NCBI GenBank assembly: GCA_017430465.1
Contig: JAFRMZ010000276.1
Coordinates: 3,957-67,956, forward strand
DNA length: 64,000 bases
Reading direction: 5' to 3'
Source: Oscillospiraceae bacterium
GTDB lineage: Bacteria > Bacillota > Clostridia > Oscillospirales > Ruminococcaceae
Shown one piece after another: positions 18,102-26,758 of the stretch. A program made the position numbers and the translations under genes. Each line of letters begins with the position of its first letter. Position 1 is the stretch's first letter. The notes under the pieces were generated by a model, which saw nothing but the letters and a program-made list of their open reading frames with translations, had not been told where the DNA came from and did no database searches.

Positions 18102-19138
18102 AATTCTTGTATTCTTTCCAGCATTTTTTCAGCTAGCTGATAAGTGTGTGTCATATCACTGATTTGCGCCGTGCAGTACGGCGAATGCAGATAACGGCAG
18201 GGAATTGAGAGGGCAAGCGTTCTTACACCGTCACGGGAAACATGTATCGAGCCGGCATCATTTCCGCCGGCAATACGGGATTTCGTCTGACAGGGAATGT
18301 TGAATTTCAAAGCTTCTTCAAAAGCAATGCGGTATAATTCTTTGTCATAGATTGTCGCTCTGTCCATGAATAAAGCCACTGCGCCTTTTCCCAGATGACA
18401 TACGGCATTGCCGTCATGAACGCCGTCAAGGTCTCCGGCAGTGGTGGTTTCAAGAATCAGCGCAAAATCAGGATTGACAGCATAAGAAGCCGTCTTGCTT
18501 CCCCTCAGGCCGATTTCTTCCTGCACGAAAAAACCGAACCATGTATCATAAGCGATTTCAGATTCCAGTAGTTTCAGCATGACAGCGCATCCGAAACGGT
18601 CGTCAATCGCTTTGGAAGCCACACGGTTTCCGCCCAGTTCCGTCCATTCACTGTAATAGCATACGGAATCCGCCGGAAGAATTTGCAAAGCAAGGGTTTC
18701 TTCTCTGGAAGAAGTGCCTATGTCGAGAATCAGATTTTTTTTCGTTGGTTTTTCTTCCCGTTCTTTTTCTGTTAGCTGATGTACAGGCTTGCATCCGATA
18801 ACGCCGAATCTTCCGGTTTTCGGAAGAAAGACAGCTCTGCCAACGGCGACATCAGGGTCAACACCGCCGACTGTATCGAGAACACATGTTCCGTCAGACT
18901 TGATTTCTGTAATAAGAAAGCCGACTTCATCCATGTGTGCGCCGACAAGTACAGTATGTTCTGCCGGCTTTCTGCCTTTTTTATGAACCAGCAGATTGCC
19001 GAGGGCATCTGTCCGGCATTCCAGAATATCCGGAAATGTGTCTATTTTTTCTTTCAGATATTTCCGGATTTGTGTTTCATCGCCGGAAATACCGTTCAGA
19101 GCACATAAGTCTTTGAGATAATTCAGCATGATTGACAC
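18098..19138 (-). CDS. M42 family metallopeptidase (FrvX/YsdC-like aminopeptidase)
   Basis: 346 aa. GISGDE, GAHMDEVGF, DDRFGC and QEEIGLRG motifs. Confidence 0.85.
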   Translation of the reverse strand: MSIMLNYLKDLCALNGISGDETQIRKYLKEKIDTFPDILECRTDALGNLLVHKKGRKPAEHTVLVGAHMDEVGFLITEIKSDGTCVLDTVGGVDPDVAVGRAVFLPKTGRFGVIGCKPVHQLTEKEREEKPTKKNLILDIGTSSREETLALQILPADSVCYYSEWTELGGNRVASKAIDDRFGCAVMLKLLESEIAYDTWFGFFVQEEIGLRGSKTASYAVNPDFALILETTTAGDLDGVHDGNAVCHLGKGAVALFMDRATIYDKELYRIAFEEALKFNIPCQTKSRIAGGNDAGSIHVSRDGVRTLALSIPCRYLHSPYCTAQISDMTHTYQLAEKMLERIQEL

Positions 19139-20142
19139 CTCCTGAGATATTCTGCAATCAGTTTTCCAGTATATTTGACATCATTCAGGTCGATGACCTC
19201 AACAGGCGTATGCATATAAAAGAGAGGTATCGAAACCGTGCAGGCACGGACACCCTCACGGCAGACGGAAAAATCATCCGCATTTGTACCGGTGCGCCCG
19301 TTCATGACTTCATACTGATACGGAATGCCTGCATCTTCTGCAATGCGAACCAGCGTTTCAGAAACTGTTCTGGAAAGTGCCGGCGAAAAGCCTATCATTG
19401 CACCTTTTCCGGATTTCCCTGTACCTTCCGAACCGTTTCCGGCAAAGGAAACATCGACCGCAAGGGCAATGTCCGGATGAATGACGAAACAGCCTGTTTT
19501 TGCACCGCATCCGTTGACTTCTTCACGATTCGAGAACAGAACGCTGACTTTGCAGGGAATTTCTTCTTTTTTAAGCTCATCCAGCGCATACAGAATCGAA
19601 GCAATGCCCGAACGGTCATCCAGACAGGGAGAAGCAAAGCGGTTTCCGGCAAGTTCTTCGGAAATGCCCGTGAATGTCACACTGTCGCCAAGAGACAGAA
19701 TGTTTCTTAATTCTTCGGCAGAATAGCCAGTATCAATCCGAACCTGCGTGATTTTCTGAACTTTTTCTTCTCCGCTGTTCAGATGCGGAGGCAGAGTCGA
19801 GATAATGCCGGAGATGTCTTTTTTTCCGTGGAGCACGACTTTCTGCGCCGGAAACCATCTTCTGTCAAGTCCGCCGATGTTTCCGACACCGACAAAGCCG
19901 TCATCCGTGATTTCTGTCACAATCAGGCCAATCTGGTCAAGATGAGCATCCAGCATGACATGAACGGCATCCGGTGCGGAATTTCCCATAGAACCGATAA
20001 CATTGCCGTTTTGAATATGCGCATCCGGACAGTATTTTTTCAGCTTTTTACAGGCAAATTCTGCAATCTGCTGTTCATCTCCGGATGTGCCTGCAACGGT
20101 GCAGAGCTCCCGAAGCAGTTTGATAAGAGATTTCTGATTCAT
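19123..20142 (-). CDS. M42 family metallopeptidase paralogue
   Basis: 339 aa. GTSGDE, DAHLDQIGL and LDDRSG motifs. Overlaps the downstream paralogue by 16 nt. Confidence 0.85.
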   Translation of the reverse strand: MNQKSLIKLLRELCTVAGTSGDEQQIAEFACKKLKKYCPDAHIQNGNVIGSMGNSAPDAVHVMLDAHLDQIGLIVTEITDDGFVGVGNIGGLDRRWFPAQKVVLHGKKDISGIISTLPPHLNSGEEKVQKITQVRIDTGYSAEELRNILSLGDSVTFTGISEELAGNRFASPCLDDRSGIASILYALDELKKEEIPCKVSVLFSNREEVNGCGAKTGCFVIHPDIALAVDVSFAGNGSEGTGKSGKGAMIGFSPALSRTVSETLVRIAEDAGIPYQYEVMNGRTGTNADDFSVCREGVRACTVSIPLFYMHTPVEVIDLNDVKYTGKLIAEYLRRCQSC

Positions 20143-20145
20143 GAA

Positions 20146-21534
20146 TTACAGCTCCTTGATTAATCTCTTGAAATGCTGACCACGGATTTCAAAATTAGGA
20201 TACCAGTCAAAGCTTGCACATGCTGGAGAAAGTGTTACAATATCGCCAGTTTTGGCTTCTTTGTGAGCCGTTGCAACAGCTTCCTCCATAGAATTCACAT
20301 GAATGATTTTTAATGTTTCCGGATTGTAATTCTTGGCAGAAGTTACAGCTTTTTCGATTTTATCAGCAGTCAGACCCATAAGGATTAAAATCTTGACTTT
20401 GTCGCAGACGGTTTCCGCCATCGGCTCAAACGGAATTTTCTTGTCATAGCCTCCGGCAAGGACAATCAGCTTTTGACTGAAACTGTTCAGACCGGCAAGG
20501 ACTCTTGTCGGGCTGGTGGCGATGCTGTCGTTATAATATTTCACGCCGTCCAGTTCACGGACAAATTCAATTCGATGTTCCACACCGCCGAATTCTTTTG
20601 CTACTTTGACAATCGCTTCGGCCGGCACTTCACCCCATAATGCAGAAATCACCCCAAGGAAATTTTCAACATTGTGCATACCGGGGATGCGGATTTCATC
20701 TTTATGGATAACCGGCGTGACTTCACCGTTTTCAATATAGCACAATACATCATCATCACGCAGAAAAGCACCTCTTTCCGGAATTTCACGTCTGGTGAAC
20801 CAGTTCAGCTTTCCACGGACAAGACCGGCAAGGTCTTTTGTACCCTGATTGTCAAGATTCAGGACAGTTCTGGAAAATGCGTTCTGATGCGTGATTAAAT
20901 TCGTCTTGGACTGGGTGTATTCTTCCATTGTGCCATGTACATCCAGATGATTCGGCGTGATGTTCGTGATTAAAGCCGTATCCGGAGATTTTCTCATAGA
21001 GATAAGCTGAAAGCTGGATAATTCGACAACTGCGACATCATCTTCCTTGATTTCCTCGATAATGGGAAGAAGCGCACGGCCGATATTTCCGCCTTTATGG
21101 ACAGTTTTTCCGGCTTGTGCCAGAATTTCAGCGATTAAGGTCGTAGATGTGGATTTTCCGTCCGAACCGGTCACACCGTAGATTCTGCACGGACAGAGGT
21201 CAAAAAAGACTTCCATTTCCGAGGTGATGACAACACCAGCCTGACGGGCTTTCGTCAGTGCCGGATTGTTGAAATACATCCCCGGTGTTCTGAAGACGAC
21301 ATCGAAATCCGTGAGTGCATCCAGATAATTTTCACCAAGAATGAAATTTACTCCCAGAAGGGATAATTCATCATAAACTTCCTGAAATTTATCTGCACTT
21401 CTCTTGTCGCAGACAGTGACCGGAATGCTCTTTTCCCGAAATTTCCGGATTAGTTCTGTATGGCTTACGCCTGTACCGATAAAAGCTACTCTTTTGGATT
21501 TCATATCCTCAAAAAAAGCCTGAATTTTACTCAT
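20146..21534 (-). CDS. murD: UDP-N-acetylmuramoylalanine--D-glutamate ligase
   Basis: Start set at ATG 21534 (MSKIQAFFEDMKSKRVAFIGTGVS) with a GGAG RBS. Mur ligase P-loop GVTGSDGKSTST. Confidence 0.9.
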   Translation of the reverse strand: MSKIQAFFEDMKSKRVAFIGTGVSHTELIRKFREKSIPVTVCDKRSADKFQEVYDELSLLGVNFILGENYLDALTDFDVVFRTPGMYFNNPALTKARQAGVVITSEMEVFFDLCPCRIYGVTGSDGKSTSTTLIAEILAQAGKTVHKGGNIGRALLPIIEEIKEDDVAVVELSSFQLISMRKSPDTALITNITPNHLDVHGTMEEYTQSKTNLITHQNAFSRTVLNLDNQGTKDLAGLVRGKLNWFTRREIPERGAFLRDDDVLCYIENGEVTPVIHKDEIRIPGMHNVENFLGVISALWGEVPAEAIVKVAKEFGGVEHRIEFVRELDGVKYYNDSIATSPTRVLAGLNSFSQKLIVLAGGYDKKIPFEPMAETVCDKVKILILMGLTADKIEKAVTSAKNYNPETLKIIHVNSMEEAVATAHKEAKTGDIVTLSPACASFDWYPNFEIRGQHFKRLIKEL

Positions 21535-21699
21535 AACAGCCTCCTGTAAATACTTGAAAAATAATGTGTCATATTCTATTATAGCAGATTGTTTCTGAAA
21601 AATCAATGTTTTTCAGAAAAAACTTGACTTTTTATCAGAATTGTGCTATTGTTATAATAGCGAGATATATTTCAGAACAACAGAAAGGATGTAGATGAT

Positions 21700-22107
21700 A
21701 TGGAATTATGTGCCGGTCAGTATCGTTATCTGCTGTGCATCTACCGCATGGAACATGAACGGAACAGAATCCGCTGTGTCGATATTGCCAATGATTTGGG
21801 AGTCACCCGACCCAGTGTCAGCAAAATGATGAAATGCATGGTTCGCATGGAACTTGTCGAGCCGGATTACTGCGAATCTGTCAGACTCACAAAAATAGGC
21901 AGGGAAATTGCAGAGCATTTCAATGAAGATTATGATATTACTTATGCATTTTTCCGGAGAATCCTGAAACTTTCTCCGGCGGAATCCAAAGACAATGCTT
22001 TTTTATTCCTCTCGGCATTTCCTAGTAATACGGTTAAAAAACTAGGTTCTGTCACAAGCAGAAGCCTTGAGCATATCAAGAAAAGTCACCCCGCAGAAAA
22101 AAAATAA
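21700..22107 (+). CDS. DtxR/MntR-family HTH regulator-like protein (metal ligands apparently not conserved)
   Basis: 135 aa. HTH region DIANDLGVTRPSVSKMMKCMVRMELVE is typical of the DtxR N-terminal domain. Confidence 0.65.
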   Translation: MELCAGQYRYLLCIYRMEHERNRIRCVDIANDLGVTRPSVSKMMKCMVRMELVEPDYCESVRLTKIGREIAEHFNEDYDITYAFFRRILKLSPAESKDNAFLFLSAFPSNTVKKLGSVTSRSLEHIKKSHPAEKK

Positions 22108-22149
22108 TCAGCTTATGCTGAAATATAATTATCAAAGGAGAAATTCATC

Positions 22150-22491
22150 ATGCCGTTTATTAACGTCAAGACCAATCAGGCAGTTTCCAAAGCCCAGCAG
22201 GAAACTATCAAAACAGGACTCGGAAAGGCTATCGCCACACTTCCGGGCAAATCCGAACAGTGGCTTATGGTAGGCATTGAGCCGGAACATATTCTGTATC
22301 ATCAGGGAACAGATGCCCCGTGCGCTATGGTAGAAGTACAGCTTTACGGAAGTGCATCCGGTTCGGCATACAGCAAGCTGACCGGACAAATCAGTGAACT
22401 TCTGAATGCAGAACTTTCTATTCCAAAGAACCGAATCTATGTCAGTTATATGGGAACTCCGGACTGGGGCTGGAACGGAAACAATTTCTAA
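22150..22491 (+). CDS. MIF / phenylpyruvate tautomerase family protein
   Basis: 113 aa starting MPFINVKTN (catalytic Pro1 after Met removal). AAAGGAG RBS. Length and pattern match the MIF-type tautomerase superfamily. Confidence 0.75.
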   Translation: MPFINVKTNQAVSKAQQETIKTGLGKAIATLPGKSEQWLMVGIEPEHILYHQGTDAPCAMVEVQLYGSASGSAYSKLTGQISELLNAELSIPKNRIYVSYMGTPDWGWNGNNF

Positions 22492-22501
22492 GAAAAAAAC
22501 A

Positions 22502-22535
22502 ACTGCCGTACTCGTCAAAGAGTACGGCAGTTTTT
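22502..22535. terminator. bidirectional rho-independent terminator
   Basis: 12-bp perfect stem actgccgtactc/gagtacggcagt with 6-nt loop. A-run upstream and T-run downstream. Confidence 0.8.
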
Positions 22536-22538
22536 GGA

Positions 22539-22994
22539 TTAATTAATATAATTTTCCATCGAGGCGGCAATCACCCACGGGATGTAGGCACAGATTTCAA
22601 TCTGCAAAACCGGTTCGGGAAAATCCGGAAGGGAAGGGCTGGTATATTCCGGAATGAAAATCCCGAAATTTTCAGAAAGTTTCCTGTCAGAATTCTTTCC
22701 ATTTTCGATGATTCTGCCGACAACATGATAAAATCCGCCGTATAACATGCCGTTGTGAATTTTATAATCTTCCGGCTTTGTGCCGAACGGAATAATTTCT
22801 GCAATCCAGTTCAGGTCATCAATCCCCATAGTCTGAAACTGTTCCCGCACTTCGGGAGGACAGAATTTTATCCATTGCCGGAAATTCTGACAGCCAAGAC
22901 AGACACAGTCATTTGTGAAGTTGTGATTCAGATAATAGTTTCTGGTAGCTTCTGCATCAATTTCTGCAACCGTATCTCCGAAATGAAACAGCAT
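22539..22994 (-). CDS. hypothetical Cys-containing protein, last gene of the COG0523 operon
   Basis: ORF track start 23003 abuts the GGAGG, so the second ATG at 22994 (MLFHFGD) has better spacing. Contains CVCLGC...FCPP. No family recognised. Confidence 0.7.
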   Translation of the reverse strand: MLFHFGDTVAEIDAEATRNYYLNHNFTNDCVCLGCQNFRQWIKFCPPEVREQFQTMGIDDLNWIAEIIPFGTKPEDYKIHNGMLYGGFYHVVGRIIENGKNSDRKLSENFGIFIPEYTSPSLPDFPEPVLQIEICAYIPWVIAASMENYIN

Positions 22995-23027
22995 AATTCT
23001 CATCCTCCTGATTTGCTGTACTTAAAA

Positions 23028-23996
23028 TTAATAGAATGTGGCGACTTCCTGTTCCGGTGCATCTGTCAGAACAAGCGACTGAATTTGCAGAACAGGGCCT
23101 TTGCCTTTGTACATCTTGTGACGCTGTACGGAAATCTTTGCCGTGAGACGAATCCACTGACGGGTATCGAACATGGGAGCTTTTTCCCATTCGCAGACAA
23201 ACCAGCAATACTGAATATCTTCTACACAGCAGGTCATGACATGACGGCCGGCAGCAAAGACATTTTTCGGGAATTTTCTGTCACGTGCGGCGGCAGCCCT
23301 GAATGTGATAGTCTTGCCGTGATATTTTTCGGGTTCTTCCATAATATCACGATAAAATAAAGCATAATCTTCATCATTGACAGTAATTTCATCCGCATTG
23401 ACATCAAACGGCAGAGGGTCTTGAATATCATCATAAGAAACATCGCCGGAAGTCGTTTCATAAGCAATCTGTACACGCCGGCTTATGCCACGGACAATTT
23501 TATGAAATTCCAGTTGGTCCATAGTCTCTTTGTCAAATCTGTTGAAAACAACCAGTTCGCTGACGTTGATTTTGTCAACAACAAGACTCCGCATGTTCGC
23601 ATTGTAATTCAGGAATGTACCGGAATCGACAAAGCACATTGCCTGATAGACAGCCCATTCAACAGGGAGATTCTCAAACAGGTCGTTGATAGTCCAGACA
23701 CCGTTATATTCAAGCACGACACGGGTTGCACCGGATTCTTTCAGGATTTTTTTAAGATTGTCTTCGTTGAAGTCTTCCTTGTCTTCAATAAGATACTGAA
23801 CGACATTCTTGCCTTTGTCCGGCCATTTGGAAGAATCGTATTCTTCTTCGCCTTCCTCGCAGAGAAGCAAAAGGGTTTTTTCGCCGTTGTTGAAACGTTT
23901 GTCCTGAAGGGTTTCCTGAATGAATTTGGTTTTGCCGCCTTCCAGAAAGCCGACAAATAAATAAACCGGAATATCTTCTTGTTGATTTACGGGCAT
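23028..23996 (-). CDS. G3E-like P-loop domain fused to a DUF1980/TIGR03943-like C-terminal CC-motif domain
   Basis: Start at ATG 23996 (MPVNQQEDIPVYLFVGFLEGGKTKF) behind GGAGGA. Walker A GFLEGGKT is present but there is no CxCC motif. The C-terminal RHVMTCCVEDIQYCWFVCEW resembles the DUF1980 C-terminal domain. Confidence 0.7.
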   Translation of the reverse strand: MPVNQQEDIPVYLFVGFLEGGKTKFIQETLQDKRFNNGEKTLLLLCEEGEEEYDSSKWPDKGKNVVQYLIEDKEDFNEDNLKKILKESGATRVVLEYNGVWTINDLFENLPVEWAVYQAMCFVDSGTFLNYNANMRSLVVDKINVSELVVFNRFDKETMDQLEFHKIVRGISRRVQIAYETTSGDVSYDDIQDPLPFDVNADEITVNDEDYALFYRDIMEEPEKYHGKTITFRAAAARDRKFPKNVFAAGRHVMTCCVEDIQYCWFVCEWEKAPMFDTRQWIRLTAKISVQRHKMYKGKGPVLQIQSLVLTDAPEQEVATFY

Positions 23997-24061
23997 GATG
24001 GTATATCCTCCTTTGATAGAACATGCCGCTGAATCCAGCGGCATGGAATTGGATTTAGAAA

Positions 24062-25156
24062 TTATTCTGCATGAAACAGTTTTGCAATTTCTGCTTCATT
24101 GATATTAGAACCGATAACACAAAGACGGCCTGTTGTTGCGGGGCATCCGTGGCGGACATCCGGTGTTCCGGGAACATAATCGTAGTGAATCCACTGGCCG
24201 TCCGTTCCGGCAACAATGCCTTTTGCACGAAGAATCATGCCATAAGTGGCTTCATCCTGAAGGGCTTCCAGTGCAGACTGGATTTCTTCCACTGTGTATT
24301 GTCTTGCAGTTTCCTTGCCCCAGCTAGTGAAGACTTCATCTGCATGATGGTGATGATGTTCATGGTCATGGCAGTGGCATTCTTCACCGTCTTCATGATG
24401 ATGTTCATGTTCATCATGGTGGTGATGATGATGTTCGTGTTCTTCATGTTCGTCATGGTCATGATGATGATGTTCGTGTTCTTCTTCGTCATCATGATGA
24501 TGGTGATGATGGTCGTGATGCTTTTCTTCTTCTAGGAGAGATTTCAGCTCATCATCAAGCGTATTTTTCTGGGTCATGGCACTGGTGAGCTGTTCGCCGG
24601 TGAGTTCGTCCCAATCTGTAGTAACAATAGGCGCAGCGGAGTTTTTGTCACGCAGACGCTTTACACAGTCATCAAGCTTTTCCTGAGAAAGTCCTTTGGT
24701 ATGGCTCAGAATCAAACAGCTTGCATAGGTAATCTGATTGTCGAAAAATTCACCGAAATTTTTCTGATACATCTTGCACTTCTTGGCATCTACAACAGTC
24801 GTGAAACCGTCAAGCTCCACACCTTCCATTTCAAGATTCTGCACAGCTCTGATAACATCAGAAAGCTTGCCGACACCGGAAGGCTCAATCAGAATTCTGT
24901 CCGGATGATACTGGTCAAGCACTTTTTTCAGTGCTTCGCCGAAATCGCCTACCAGAGAACAGCAGATACAGCCGGAATTCATCTCAGTGATTTCTACACC
25001 GGCATCCTGCAAAAAACCGCCGTCAATGCCAATCTGGCCGAATTCGTTTTCAATCAGGACAAGCTTTTCTTTCTGATAAGCTTCTGCAATGAGCTTTTTA
25101 ATCAGAGTTGTTTTGCCTGCACCAAGAAATCCGGAAAAAATTGTAATTTTGGTCAT
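24062..25156 (-). CDS. COG0523 (CobW/YjiA/ZigA-type) metallochaperone GTPase with His-rich linker
   Basis: MTKITIFSGFLGAGKTTL Walker A, CICCS (CxCC) motif, EPSGVG, ~60-aa His/Asp/Glu stretch and a CobW_C-like C-terminus. Confidence 0.9.
   Translation of the reverse strand: MTKITIFSGFLGAGKTTLIKKLIAEAYQKEKLVLIENEFGQIGIDGGFLQDAGVEITEMNSGCICCSLVGDFGEALKKVLDQYHPDRILIEPSGVGKLSDVIRAVQNLEMEGVELDGFTTVVDAKKCKMYQKNFGEFFDNQITYASCLILSHTKGLSQEKLDDCVKRLRDKNSAAPIVTTDWDELTGEQLTSAMTQKNTLDDELKSLLEEEKHHDHHHHHHDDEEEHEHHHHDHDEHEEHEHHHHHHDEHEHHHEDGEECHCHDHEHHHHHADEVFTSWGKETARQYTVEEIQSALEALQDEATYGMILRAKGIVAGTDGQWIHYDYVPGTPDVRHGCPATTGRLCVIGSNINEAEIAKLFHAE
24341..24520 (-). repeat. low-complexity His/Glu/Asp-coding tract (CAT/CAC/GAA/GAT-rich)
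   Basis: Encodes KHHDHHHHHHDDEEEHEHHHHDHDEHEEHEHHHHHHDEHEHHHEDGEECHCHDHEHHHHH. Imperfect short tandem units are visible in the DNA. Confidence 0.9.
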
Positions 25157-25222
25157 AAGAAACAAACACTTCTTTCTTTCTGATTTTTACAGCAGAAATG
25201 CTGTTGATTTTTTACACTATAT

Positions 25223-25251
25223 AGTATAGCATGTTTTTCCGGAAGTTGCAA
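25223..25251 (-). promoter_or_regulatory. candidate sigma-A promoter of the COG0523 operon
   Basis: Minus strand reads TTGCAA (25251..25246), 17 nt, TATACT (25228..25223), with TGC 5' of the -10 box. Confidence 0.4.
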
Positions 25252-25285
25252 GGGGCTGACCAAAATTTTCCGGAATTTTTCACAT

Positions 25286-25699
25286 TTACCGAAGGCTGTA
25301 TTCATCAGAAATAACCTGTTCTTGGGCTTTAAAGCGCATCAGTCTTCCGCCGGAATGGGTTAGTATACCTGTCTTACGAAACGGCATGTCATGATAGGCT
25401 GTTTTGGAACAGCTTACCCGAAGCATTTCACCGTTTTGCAGTTCAAAAACAAGTTCATAGTATTCATCAGTGATTTTAGTATGATGATATTCATCCATAA
25501 TTCTACGGCGTTCGTCAATTTTCTGGAGAAGAAAAGCAGTTTCCGTGTAGATTTTCGGTGTATCGGAGGCGAGCTGTTCCACACGGGTTTTCTGACGTTC
25601 CTGTTCCGGCTTCCGGCGGGAATTTCCATGCAGAAGCAGAAACAAAAGGGCTGAGGCAAATCCCGCCAGCAGAAATAATAAGAAAGCAACAGAGGGCAT
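25286..25699 (-). CDS. membrane-anchored hypothetical protein (DUF2500-like)
   Basis: 137 aa. N-terminal TM helix then a soluble domain with YELVFELQNGEMLRVSCSKTAYHDM...GILTHSGGRLMRF, resembling DUF2500. No clear RBS. Confidence 0.6.
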   Translation of the reverse strand: MPSVAFLLFLLAGFASALLFLLLHGNSRRKPEQERQKTRVEQLASDTPKIYTETAFLLQKIDERRRIMDEYHHTKITDEYYELVFELQNGEMLRVSCSKTAYHDMPFRKTGILTHSGGRLMRFKAQEQVISDEYSLR

Positions 25700-25722
25700 G
25701 ACAGATGGAACAGGATGACAGA

Positions 25723-26733
25723 TTACAGACCGTTAGGATTCTGCTGCATAAAGTGCCAGCTATCAGCACACATGGTTTCAAGCGTTTCATGAGCTTCCCA
25801 GTTCAGAAGCTCCTTGGCACGGGAGGCATCTGCATAGGAAGAAGCAATATCACCGGCACGGCGGTCAGTAATACGGTAACTGATTTCATGACCACAGGCT
25901 TTTTCATAAGCATGAACCATTTCCAGAACGCTTATACCGTGACCCGTTCCGAGATTAATCGGTATAAAGCCTTTGTGGGCTTCGGCATAGGCAATGGCGC
26001 AGACATGGCCTTTGGCCAAATCCACAACGTGAATATAATCACGCACACCTGTACCGTCAGGGGTATTGTAATCATTTCCGAAAACAGATAACTGTTTCAG
26101 TTTGCCGATGGCAACCTGTCCGATATAGGGGAGCAGATTGTTCGGGATGCCGTTGGGGTCTTCGCCGATTAAGCCGGATTTATGTGCGCCAATCGGATTA
26201 AAGTAGCGCAGGGCTACAGCTCTGAAATCGGGGTCAGCCGTGCAGATGTCAGAAAGTATCTGTTCAATCATGACTTTGGTATAGCCATAGGGATTTGTAG
26301 CAGAAGTCGGCATTCCTTCTACATAAGGAACGGGATTGTTCATGCCGTAGACAGTGGCGGAAGAAGAAAAGACAATTGTTTTGCATCCGGCTTCACGCAT
26401 GACTTTTAATAATACAAACGTACCGTTCAGATTGTTTTCATAATATTCCAGAGGTTTGGCAACAGATTCCCCCACAGCTTTCAGACCTGCAAAGTGAACC
26501 ACTGCGGAAATTTCCTGTTCCTGAAAAATGTTTCTGACGGCAGTTTCATCACGCATGTCTGCCTTGTAGAAAATAACAGGCTTTCCGGTGATTTTTTCAA
26601 TTCTGCGGATGGCTTCTTCTTTGGAATTGCTCAGATTGTCCAGAACAACTACTTCATAGCCGGATTCCAGAAATTCCACACATGTGTGACTGCCGATAAA
26701 ACCAGCACCGCCAGTAACTAAAATTTTACTCAT
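25723..26733 (-). CDS. galE: UDP-glucose 4-epimerase
   Basis: Start at ATG 26733 (MSKILVTGGAGFIGSH) with an AGGAG RBS. YGYTK catalytic motif. Confidence 0.9.
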   Translation of the reverse strand: MSKILVTGGAGFIGSHTCVEFLESGYEVVVLDNLSNSKEEAIRRIEKITGKPVIFYKADMRDETAVRNIFQEQEISAVVHFAGLKAVGESVAKPLEYYENNLNGTFVLLKVMREAGCKTIVFSSSATVYGMNNPVPYVEGMPTSATNPYGYTKVMIEQILSDICTADPDFRAVALRYFNPIGAHKSGLIGEDPNGIPNNLLPYIGQVAIGKLKQLSVFGNDYNTPDGTGVRDYIHVVDLAKGHVCAIAYAEAHKGFIPINLGTGHGISVLEMVHAYEKACGHEISYRITDRRAGDIASSYADASRAKELLNWEAHETLETMCADSWHFMQQNPNGL

Positions 26734-26758
26734 GATAAATTGACTCCTAATATAATTA

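Noticed and set aside
24071-24535. 154-aa plus-strand ORF with long M/V/F runs, and a possible tandem repeat or CRISPR-like periodicity
   Set aside because: It is the antisense reading of the His-rich tract of the COG0523 gene. The repeats are short imperfect codon repeats, not 25-40 nt direct repeats with unique spacers, and no cas genes are present.
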